Shown here: positions 27,388-35,710 of the stretch, one piece after another
Layout of the letters: each line of letters starts with the position of its first letter
Position numbering within the stretch: position 1 is the stretch's first letter
NCBI GenBank assembly: GCA_019873665.1
Contig: JAIOAV010000007.1
Span: forward strand, 9,840-73,839
Reading direction: 5' to 3'
Source of the DNA: Chloroflexota bacterium
Lineage (GTDB): Bacteria; Chloroflexota; Anaerolineae; JAAYEA01
Length of the DNA stretch: 64,000 bases
Notes under the pieces: generated by a model
The model's input: only the letters and a program-made list of their open reading frames with translations
What the model was told of the DNA's origin: nothing
Databases searched by the model: none
Made by a program: the position numbers and the translations under genes

Positions 27388-30300
27388 CTATCTTGGCCCA
27401 CTACCTCGCTGCCCAACGGTCGTCCAGAGGCTCGGCTCTAACGTCTCTTTGATGGCGCGCAACAGCGTCGCAACATCGTAGGGCTTCTGCAAGAAGCGAA
27501 ACCCCTTTTCCTCGATCACTGTCCAATTGGCATCGCGGTCAGTATAGCCGCTGCTCAGAAGAACCGGCAGATTCGGCTGTTGCATGCGAAGCTTCTCCGC
27601 GAGCTGGATGCCGCTTTCGCCGGGCAGGACCACATCGCTGAAGAGGAGGTCAACTCGCCCCTCCTCTCGCTCGTAGATCTGCATCGCCTCCACCGCGTTG
27701 GGCGCATCCAACACCGTATAGCCATTCTCGACAAGCGCCCGGCGTAGCGCGCTGCAGACACTCTTCTCGTCTTCCACAAGGAGCACGCGCTCCTGTTTCC
27801 CCTGTAACCACTCGAGCGAGATCTCCTTCTCGCCTTCTTCCTCCAGGTTGACGAGCGCTGCCGGCAGGTATGCGCGGAATACAGATCCCCGATCTCGCTT
27901 GCTCTCAACGCTGACCCATCCGGCATGTTGGGCAACGATGCCGTATACGACGGCTAGCCCGAGGCCGGTTCCTTTGCCTGCCTCTTTTGTGGTGAAGAAC
28001 GGCTCGAATAGGTGTTGCAGGACCTCTTCATCCATGCCGATACCTGTGTCCTCCACCGAAAGACATGCGAACCTGCCCTTGCGCGATCCGACGGCCCCTG
28101 TTGGGCCATCCAGTGAGACGTTCTCGGTACGGATGGTGAGCTTCCCTCCGTCTGGCATGGCGTCGCGGCCATTGATGGCCAGGTTGATGACCACCTGCTC
28201 GATCTGGCCCAGATCGGCCCTCACGGGATCGAGGGAGGGATCGAGTGCCATGATCAGCCTGACATCCTCGCCGATCAGTCGCTGCAACAACTTGCCCATG
28301 TCCAACACAACATCGTTGAGGTTCAACACGCGCGGCTGCAGCATCTGCCGACGGCTGAACGCCAGCAACTGGCCGGTCAAGGCCGCTGCTCGTTCGCCCG
28401 CCTTTCTGATCTCCTCGACATCCAGCCGGCGTGCGTCATCCACAGGGAGGTTCTTGAGCAGGAAATCGCTGTAACTGATGATCGCGGTGAGCAAGTTGTT
28501 GAAATCGTGAGCCACACCCCCGGCAAGCCGCCCCACAGCTTCCATCTTTTGCGCCTGGAGGAGTTGCACCTGCATCTTCTTCCGCTCCTCTTCAGATTGC
28601 TTGCGGATGATGATGCCGGCCAGCGCGTTGGCCACCGCCGAAAGGAACTCCATCTCCTGCGAGTCAGGTTGGTGTCCTGCGCGCAGCCGCAGCGCGATCA
28701 AGCCGATCATCTTGTCGGCAGACAGGATGGGAACGCCGCAGTGCCCACCCTTGTCATCCTCGCCAAAGTAGGGCTCCTCATCCACACACCTGGTGATTTG
28801 GACACGCTGTGTGCCGATGAATCGTCCATACGGGCGGTTGTCTGCCGTCACGCGGGCGCATCGTTCGTGTATATGACTGTCAAGGCCGCGCCAGACCCTC
28901 ATGACCAACACCTCTGGCCCTTCGGCAAGAAAAATCGCGCCGCTGGGCGCAAATGCCTCGCTGAGCGTTGCCAGGATCGCATCCAGAGCGCGCTCCAGCA
29001 TCTGATCCAGGTTCATCTCTTCCAGCGAGAGCCGCAACAGCAGATTGATCACCGTCTGCGCCTCGTGGCTGCGGACCAACTCCTCTTGCGCCTGCTTGCG
29101 CTCAGTGATATCTTCGAGGCTCCCCTCGTAGTATAGCGTGCGGCCTGCCTCGTCCCGCACGATGCGAAAGCTATCGCGCACCCAGATGACCGCGCCATCG
29201 CGACGACGCAATTGCAGCTCGAAATCGCTCACCAGCCCGCGCTGCTCAACCTCGGTCAGCTCACGCTGCCGGTCTCTGGGTTCCAAGCATAGGTCGTTCA
29301 CGTTGGTCGCCAGAAGGCTCGCCTGGTCAGCAAAGCCCAACATCTGCACCAACGCAGGGTTTGCTTCCAGGATCTTGCCTTCCGGCGTGGTGCGATAGAG
29401 CCCGACCGGCACATCGTCAAACAGGCTGTGATAGCGCGCTTCGCTGACGCGGAGCTCTGCTTCGGCGCGTCGCCGCTCGGCCACCTCTTGCCGCGCTGCT
29501 TCATAGAGGCGGGCGTTGTCAATGGCCATAGCTGTTTGGCTGGCCAATGTGGTCAGCGTCAACCGGTCATCCAGCGAGTGCGGCTCGCCTGAGAGTTTCG
29601 GGCCCACAACCAGAATGCCCACTAACTCCCCCTTGACCTTGAGCGGAATCCAGGTCTCCGCTTGGAGCTGCACCAGGTCCTCCCGCTCTTCACGCCAGAG
29701 CGCCCGGAACTGTGGTATGACCTCGACATCCTGCTTGGTCAGCGTGTTCTCGTGGGTCAAGAGCCAGTGCACCAACGGATGGTCTGCGCGGATGCGAATC
29801 TCACGAGAGATATCCAACCCTTGTTGCGCTGCCAGACTGAACGCGCCACTCTTTTCGTGCCTGAGAAGAAAGGCAGCGTGTGCAATGTGCATCGTCTGAG
29901 TGATCTCGTTGAGGATCATGTTCGTAAGCACGTTAATGTCCAAAACCGAAGCCACTCTCTGGCCCAGTCGCTGCAACATGAGACTGGAATCGTATCTCTC
30001 GCGGAAGAAGATGCTATCTATCCAAAGCTGGATTCGGCTGCGCAATGGCTCTGCGACGAGAGCCGTCACAAGCGCTGCAGCAAAAGAGAGGAGGAAGAAC
30101 TGTGGACCGCTGGTATCATGCACTACCCGCGCTGCCAGCGAGATCATCAAGAAATAGCTGGTGCCGATGATGACGGTAGGCACCGAGTAGAGAAGGCCCT
30201 TGCGCACGACGAGAGTGATATCCAACAGCTGGTGGCGCAGGATCGCATAGGTGATCAAGAGGGCGCCAATCGCGTTGCACGTAATGTCCACCGGATAGTG

Positions 30301-30867
30301 CTGCAACACGGTGGCGTTGGTGAGCGCGCCGATGGCGATAACCAGGACGACAAGGAAGAGGTACTTGATCCGCTCGCGATGCAGGCTATCCTTTGCCTGG
30401 CGATACCCGCGCCACAGATCGAGTGCCGAGTGGCCGACAAAGAAAGCCCATGAGCCGCCGATGAGCGCGAGGAAGGGTCCATATTCGTTGTGGAATTGCC
30501 CGTTCACCACATAGGCATTTCGGACGCCGTAGCCGAGCACGTTGATGACCTGTATGATCGCATAGGAGACGAGCCCCCATCTGAGTAGGTCTCTGTGCCG
30601 TCTTTGCAGGAACTCCTGCACGAAGGCAAAGAAGGTGATGGGCATGGCAGTAGCGGGAGGGATGAGGAGCCGGTTCCAAAACAGCGGCGTCATGATCCCT
30701 GTGTTCAGGTGCATCATAAAGGAGCAGAAGCTCCAGAGCAACATCGAGAGCAGATACAGCCCAAAAAGCCGGCCCATCTTGCCAGCGATGCGGCCCCTGG
30801 CGACGACGAGTAGCAGAATGGCATAACAGAGTAGGGAGACGAGCGGGATCAATGCAGCAGGGTTCAT
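27388..30867 (-). CDS. Hybrid sensor histidine kinase: N-terminal multi-TM (7TM-type) sensor, GAF, PAS, GAF, HisKA, HATPase, receiver
   Basis: About 7 hydrophobic helices in the first ~280 aa. PAS RYHSLFDDVPVGLYRTTPEGKILEANPA; H-box VAHDFNNLLTAI; ATPase boxes INGRDAM, DTGIGM, GTGLGLA; receiver RVLLVEDE...LLFSDVVLPGESG. Confidence 0.85.
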   Translation of the reverse strand: MNPAALIPLVSLLCYAILLLVVARGRIAGKMGRLFGLYLLSMLLWSFCSFMMHLNTGIMTPLFWNRLLIPPATAMPITFFAFVQEFLQRRHRDLLRWGLVSYAIIQVINVLGYGVRNAYVVNGQFHNEYGPFLALIGGSWAFFVGHSALDLWRGYRQAKDSLHRERIKYLFLVVLVIAIGALTNATVLQHYPVDITCNAIGALLITYAILRHQLLDITLVVRKGLLYSVPTVIIGTSYFLMISLAARVVHDTSGPQFFLLSFAAALVTALVAEPLRSRIQLWIDSIFFRERYDSSLMLQRLGQRVASVLDINVLTNMILNEITQTMHIAHAAFLLRHEKSGAFSLAAQQGLDISREIRIRADHPLVHWLLTHENTLTKQDVEVIPQFRALWREEREDLVQLQAETWIPLKVKGELVGILVVGPKLSGEPHSLDDRLTLTTLASQTAMAIDNARLYEAARQEVAERRRAEAELRVSEARYHSLFDDVPVGLYRTTPEGKILEANPALVQMLGFADQASLLATNVNDLCLEPRDRQRELTEVEQRGLVSDFELQLRRRDGAVIWVRDSFRIVRDEAGRTLYYEGSLEDITERKQAQEELVRSHEAQTVINLLLRLSLEEMNLDQMLERALDAILATLSEAFAPSGAIFLAEGPEVLVMRVWRGLDSHIHERCARVTADNRPYGRFIGTQRVQITRCVDEEPYFGEDDKGGHCGVPILSADKMIGLIALRLRAGHQPDSQEMEFLSAVANALAGIIIRKQSEEERKKMQVQLLQAQKMEAVGRLAGGVAHDFNNLLTAIISYSDFLLKNLPVDDARRLDVEEIRKAGERAAALTGQLLAFSRRQMLQPRVLNLNDVVLDMGKLLQRLIGEDVRLIMALDPSLDPVRADLGQIEQVVINLAINGRDAMPDGGKLTIRTENVSLDGPTGAVGSRKGRFACLSVEDTGIGMDEEVLQHLFEPFFTTKEAGKGTGLGLAVVYGIVAQHAGWVSVESKRDRGSVFRAYLPAALVNLEEEGEKEISLEWLQGKQERVLLVEDEKSVCSALRRALVENGYTVLDAPNAVEAMQIYEREEGRVDLLFSDVVLPGESGIQLAEKLRMQQPNLPVLLSSGYTDRDANWTVIEEKGFRFLQKPYDVATLLRAIKETLEPSLWTTVGQRGSGPR

Positions 30868-30882
30868 GCTCGTTTGTCCTTG

Positions 30883-32499
30883 CTAGGACGGAACAGTTCC
30901 TCCGTTTTCAGCGCTGAGCCTCATCAAGAGGGTAATGTCGTTATCAGTCGCATTCATGTGCGGCGGCTTGAGGTGCGCCAGATCCGCTCCCGCTGCCTGT
31001 TTCGCCATCATGTAGGCGCGGAAGGTGCCCCTGTTAAACAGCGTTACTTGCAGGGCCCGCGCCTCGATCATTGACTCGTAATCGGCGTAGAACGGGTTCA
31101 GCTCGCGCAGGCGCTGCCGGACTAGGCTCTCAACAACCTCTTGATCTACCGAATCCTGTGGCTCGATGTATAGATGCAGGATCGGGCGATTCTCGATGTA
31201 CTCCTTGCGTATGGACCACTCCTCATACGGGATACCTGTGCGGATGATCGCCTGCCAGACCATTTTTTCGTCTATCAGCCCTGTGAAACCGGCAAGGTCT
31301 ATAAAGTCGCCGGATCGCCCGACGAACTCGAACTGCGGCAGGTTCACACCCGTTTCTTCATCTCGCAGCGCGATGAACTTGATGACATCGTGCGTGCGAT
31401 AGCGCAAGAGCGGCTTGCCATAGTAGTTGGTCACCACCAGCTCGTACCGCTTGTCAGTTCTCACCTGGTTCAGCAGGACAGTGCTAGGCATATAAGACGG
31501 ATCACGCCGCCACTTCACCCACTCCTCATCCGGAATGAACTCGAGAAAGTCGGCATCGGGGAAGAAGGTCATCCCCTTGACGTTCCACGTCTGCGTGGCC
31601 AGCACGCCGCCCTCCGTGCTGCCGTACTGCTCAAAGGGGATGACTCCCCAATAGTGTGCGATCTTGTCTTTGTAGATGGAGGTGTCCATGCCGCCGCATT
31701 GTAGTGCCTTGACCCTCCAGATATCCTTGGGCAGCATAGGTCTACCTTCGAGCTTGCTGCGCAGCCATCCTCGCGCTAGTCGCGCCAGTGCCCGCGGGTG
31801 TAGCATCCGCGCCGAGGGCTTGGTGCTCTGCGCGCCCTCGGCAAAACGCTCCGCCATTTTGACCAGCACCACCGAGATCGAGCCCAGCACATCAATGCCG
31901 GTAACCAGCGCGGTCTCAAAGCTCTTTTCGATGCGCTCCTGAAAACTCATCTGCTCCGTCTCTTCTAGCGACGGCACAAAGTGAAAGCTAAAATGCTCGG
32001 CCAACGCTCGCAGCACCACGCCGCTCAGATAAGGGCGCGGTGGGGTGTTGTAGACGAGCACATCATTCTCTTCCAGACGCACGTCCCCCTTCCAGCGAGC
32101 GGAAGCCAGGATGATGCCAGCAAGAGTCCCCTCACCCAACTGATTATAGGCGAGCCGCGTGTATGGGACCCACTTGAGTGTGCCGGAGCGTCCAGAGGTG
32201 TGCGCCCACGTATACGGCTCCTCCGGCAACATGTCTGTCCGGCGATCTTCCAGATATGGCTGGTAGTCCTCGTAGGTGGTGATGGGCACAATCTCACGGA
32301 ACTCGGCCACTGTTGATAGCTTGCTATCTCCCATGAAGCGTCGCCCGATCCCACAGTTGCTCAGAAGCCCAATCTGCTCGCGCAATAGGCGCTCCTGAAT
32401 CGCCATGAACTCGTCTAGGCTGAGGTCTAGGAAACCGCAGTATTTGGTCCAGATCTCGTCTCTACGACCGCGCCGCAATAGCTCATTCGCTGTTGGCAT
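30883..32499 (-). CDS. GH3-family (auxin-responsive-GH3-like) adenylate-forming acyl-acid amido synthetase homologue
   Basis: 538 aa. Motifs HTSGRSGTLKWVP, EQYGSTEG and LLRYRTHDVI correspond to the three adenylation motifs of plant GH3 enzymes. N-terminus is typical of bacterial GH3-like proteins. Confidence 0.75.
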   Translation of the reverse strand: MPTANELLRRGRRDEIWTKYCGFLDLSLDEFMAIQERLLREQIGLLSNCGIGRRFMGDSKLSTVAEFREIVPITTYEDYQPYLEDRRTDMLPEEPYTWAHTSGRSGTLKWVPYTRLAYNQLGEGTLAGIILASARWKGDVRLEENDVLVYNTPPRPYLSGVVLRALAEHFSFHFVPSLEETEQMSFQERIEKSFETALVTGIDVLGSISVVLVKMAERFAEGAQSTKPSARMLHPRALARLARGWLRSKLEGRPMLPKDIWRVKALQCGGMDTSIYKDKIAHYWGVIPFEQYGSTEGGVLATQTWNVKGMTFFPDADFLEFIPDEEWVKWRRDPSYMPSTVLLNQVRTDKRYELVVTNYYGKPLLRYRTHDVIKFIALRDEETGVNLPQFEFVGRSGDFIDLAGFTGLIDEKMVWQAIIRTGIPYEEWSIRKEYIENRPILHLYIEPQDSVDQEVVESLVRQRLRELNPFYADYESMIEARALQVTLFNRGTFRAYMMAKQAAGADLAHLKPPHMNATDNDITLLMRLSAENGGTVPS

Positions 32500-33253
32500 C
32501 TGTTGCCTCCCTCGCTTCAGTTGTACCTCTTCTTGCCGTGATGGCGAATGGCATCGGAGACCAGGGACGCTGGCCCAGAGGCTGAGCCACCCGAATCTCC
32601 GTAAAGCCGCACTCGCTGAGCAGCGCGCGCCATTCGTCTACAGTATGAACGCGGGCCACGGCAGCAGCTTCTGCCCGGGCGCGAGCGATATTACGCGAGG
32701 GAAGAAAGTAAAGAAACGCAAAGAGACGTAGTATCGTCCCAATGCCCGGCCATTTCCATGCTGAATGAGCGGCAACATCTGCGATGGCCAGCACACCTTT
32801 GGGCGCAAGCATGCGATGCATCTCACTGATCAGCGTCCTCGCCTCCATGTGGTGTGTGCCCAGGGCGCAGATCGCTACATCAAAGACCCCATCGACCAGT
32901 GGCAACGCCATCGCTGACCCGCACACCAGGGTGATACGCGAGTTGAATGGAGCGATCATCTGTCGAGCCGCGTAGAGCATGCCGGGTGTGATATCCACTC
33001 CCACAACCTGCCCTACCGGTTCTGGCCCACTTACCAGCTTGCGCGGGATCAGTGCTGTCCCTGTGGCGATATCCAGCACAAGACTATCTTGCCGGAGAGA
33101 GCCCTCATGAAGACGCACCAGATCGAGCAACCACTCGACAAAGCGCTCATAGCTCCATCCCCAAAAACGACGCAACTCAGCATCAACCACCGCCTCGTAA
33201 TTCGCTGCGAGGTCTGCGAATGCCTTGATGATCGCGTGCGAGTCCGTTGACAT
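32483..33253 (-). CDS. Class I SAM-dependent methyltransferase
   Basis: Start at MSTDSHAIIKAF (RBS GAGAAGG). Motif I VLDIATGTA, then VVGVDITPGML and DVAICALGTHH. Its stop overlaps the GH3 start by 17 nt. Confidence 0.8.
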   Translation of the reverse strand: MSTDSHAIIKAFADLAANYEAVVDAELRRFWGWSYERFVEWLLDLVRLHEGSLRQDSLVLDIATGTALIPRKLVSGPEPVGQVVGVDITPGMLYAARQMIAPFNSRITLVCGSAMALPLVDGVFDVAICALGTHHMEARTLISEMHRMLAPKGVLAIADVAAHSAWKWPGIGTILRLFAFLYFLPSRNIARARAEAAAVARVHTVDEWRALLSECGFTEIRVAQPLGQRPWSPMPFAITARRGTTEAREATDANSE

Positions 33254-33762
33254 GTTACCTTCTCGGATGGAAATGACCTGGAAGGGACTGTGCGATAAGG
33301 TTGGCTTCTTTTCCCTCCATAGAAAAAGTCGCGGGGTACACCACGACATGACCGTCGCCGCTGCGTTCTTCAACTATCATGACGCGAAAGCGGCGCTCTG
33401 GTTACTCTGATTATAGGACGAAACGCCAAGAGGCGAGAAACGGGGATGCAGAAATGGCGAAAGCGGTGCACCGTATCGCGCGGGGCGCTGCTGATGCAGT
33501 GAGGCTCACGAGTTTGGTCGTGCTGGGGATAACTCGCAGATCTGCAGAGGGCAACGACCGGGTGCATCCCGCGTCCTCTTCTTGGGCCCCCCACAGTGTA
33601 TTCGCTGGCGTTGGTCGAGCAGTATGACGTGGCTATTCGGACGATTGGACAGGAGCCGATCGGCCGTCCCCCTGGTTGAGGTTGATGTCGCGAAGAGTGA
33701 TCAGAGTGGATCGGCAAACGGGAAGCACGGCTCGCTGCCGCGTCGGGCGTGCGTGGGACATG

Positions 33763-34167
33763 TCACAGCAGCGCCCAGGCATGCAGCGAGCCAACCGCAT
33801 TCCTGTTATGGCTTGTGTCCAGACCTCCCAGTAATTCGCAAAAGCCCGCGTTATAGTGCTCTCGGATCTGATCATCGATCACATCGCTCGCCAGTGCCTC
33901 TTCCAGCGCTAATCGCACGCTGGTTGTGCCGTTGGGCAGCGGCTGGCAGTAAATACACACCCATATGGGCAATGCTCTTGGGCCTGGCAGCCAGCCGCCG
34001 ATTACTCTGGTGATGAACTGCGATCCCTGATAGCCCTCGATCTCCTGATCGATCTCGTGTCGCACCTTCATGCCGCCCTTGAGCAAATACTGCCGCAGCA
34101 TGTCAATACATCCGGCGGGATCCTCTGCCAGTGTGAAACTCAGAGTGCGAGATACACGTGATATCAT
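33763..34167 (-). CDS. Hypothetical protein, 134 aa, no family recognised
   Basis: Strong RBS GGAAGGAG 7 nt before the ATG and protein-like composition. No motif I can assign. Confidence 0.5.
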   Translation of the reverse strand: MISRVSRTLSFTLAEDPAGCIDMLRQYLLKGGMKVRHEIDQEIEGYQGSQFITRVIGGWLPGPRALPIWVCIYCQPLPNGTTSVRLALEEALASDVIDDQIREHYNAGFCELLGGLDTSHNRNAVGSLHAWALL

Positions 34168-34373
34168 GTTGATAGCTCCTTCCCCAGGGGCTAAACGTGC
34201 GCCGTGAATAGCCGCAGGCGGTGCCCCGATCTCGACCCATGGCTATTCTCATGCAATGCGATGATTGCTGCTATTATGCTATCTCCTGCTATGCTGGGTC
34301 AATAGTACTCCAGTACTGCATGAGAGCGGGCGGGATGCTGGCGTGACGTTGGCGGCTGTAATGGCAAGCCTGG

Positions 34374-34402
34374 TTGCGTCGGGGTTCATCCTATGCTAAT
34401 AT
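34374..34402 (+). promoter_or_regulatory. Sigma-70-type promoter for the fucosidase gene
   Basis: TTGCGT-N17-TAATAT, ~35 nt upstream of the ATG at 34438. Confidence 0.45.
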
Positions 34403-34437
34403 GGGCCGTCCTATGAGAAAAAGGGAGGAGACAGGCG

Positions 34438-35688
34438 ATGATGGACAATGCAATTCGGGCGGGACGATCGCAGCGCGAGGGCGTGCAACAGGACCCGCGT
34501 CTCGACTGGTGGCGGGACGCCAAGTTTGGCATGTTTATCCACTGGGGGTTGTATGCGATCCCCGCCGGCATCTGGAAAGGAGCAGAGATTCCGGGCATCG
34601 GCGAGTGGATCATGTATCGGGCGCAGATCCCGGTGCGCGAGTATGAACAGCTTGCCAAAGAGTTCAACCCTGTCCAGTTCGACGCCGCGCAGTGGGTCTC
34701 GCTTGCCAAGCGCGCCGGACAAAAGTACATGGTGATCACAGCCAAACACCACGATGGCTTTTGCCTGTTTGACTCGAAGGTTACCGACTATGACGTAGTG
34801 GATGCCACGCCTTTTGGCCGTGACATCCTGAAGGAGCTGGCAGCCGAGTGCCAAAGGCAAGGGATGAGGCTTGGCTTCTACTATTCCCAGACGCAAGACT
34901 GGCATCACCCAGACGGGGACGGCAATTCGTGGGACTATGATGAGAGCCAGAAGGATTTCGCCGGCTATGTCGAGAACTATGTCAAACCACAGGTGCGCGA
35001 GCTCCTCTCCCACTATGGCCCGGTCTGCCTCATCTGGTTCGATACGCCGAAGGGAATGACCGCGCCCCAGAGCCGCTCGTTGGTGGAGCTGGTGCACGAG
35101 CTCCAGCCAGAGTGCCTGGTGTGTGGGCGTGTAGGGAACGACATGGGTGATTATGCTTCGGCGGGCGACAACCAGATCCCGGCGGCAGCGGTCGCGCTGG
35201 ACTGGGAGACGCCGGCTACCATCAACGACACCTGGGGCTACAAATCTTATGACCACAACTGGAAGTCAGTGCCGGACTTGGTGCACAAGCTGGTGGACAT
35301 TGTGAGCAAAGGGGGCAACTATCTGCTCAACGTCGGGCCGACAGCGGAGGGCGTGATCCCACTGCCAAGCGTGGAGCGGTTGCTGGCGATGGGGGCGTGG
35401 CTGGAAGCGAACGGGGAAGCGGTATATGGCACACGGCCGGGGCCTGTGCAAGGCTTGGCCTGGTGCCGTACGACGCAGAAAGACGGCTGCATCTATCTGC
35501 ACGTGTTCGAGTGGCCCGCAGACGGGGCGCTGCGTGTGCCCGGCTTGGCGGGACGGGTCTCGGCGGCGTATCTGCTGACCGATCTGGCTCGGCTGCTACA
35601 GGTCGGCGCTGCGGCGGACGATCTGCTGGTGCAAGGCCCTGCCGTTGCGCCGGATCCGACCGACACGGTGGTCGTGCTGCGCGTCTAG
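34438..35688 (+). CDS. Alpha-L-fucosidase (glycoside hydrolase family 29)
   Basis: WWRDAKFGMFIHWGLYA, AKRAGQKYMVITAKHHDGFCLFDS, LGFYYS, IWFD and NYLLNVGPT are hallmark GH29 blocks. Confidence 0.9.
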   Translation: MMDNAIRAGRSQREGVQQDPRLDWWRDAKFGMFIHWGLYAIPAGIWKGAEIPGIGEWIMYRAQIPVREYEQLAKEFNPVQFDAAQWVSLAKRAGQKYMVITAKHHDGFCLFDSKVTDYDVVDATPFGRDILKELAAECQRQGMRLGFYYSQTQDWHHPDGDGNSWDYDESQKDFAGYVENYVKPQVRELLSHYGPVCLIWFDTPKGMTAPQSRSLVELVHELQPECLVCGRVGNDMGDYASAGDNQIPAAAVALDWETPATINDTWGYKSYDHNWKSVPDLVHKLVDIVSKGGNYLLNVGPTAEGVIPLPSVERLLAMGAWLEANGEAVYGTRPGPVQGLAWCRTTQKDGCIYLHVFEWPADGALRVPGLAGRVSAAYLLTDLARLLQVGAAADDLLVQGPAVAPDPTDTVVVLRV

Positions 35689-35710
35689 CACGTTGTACCA
35701 CGCCGTTGGC

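Noticed and set aside
33370-33717. 115-aa minus-strand ORF and 82-aa plus-strand ORF (33379-33627) in the large gap
   Set aside because: Implausible amino-acid composition, no RBS and no motifs. Treated as non-coding, although the gap itself is flagged as a finding.
34303-34316. AGTACTccAGTACT and the nearby triple TGCTAT motif as an operator in the fucosidase upstream region
   Set aside because: The motifs are short and AGTACT is self-palindromic. No regulator gene is adjacent and I have no way to test significance here, so I kept this only as a note.
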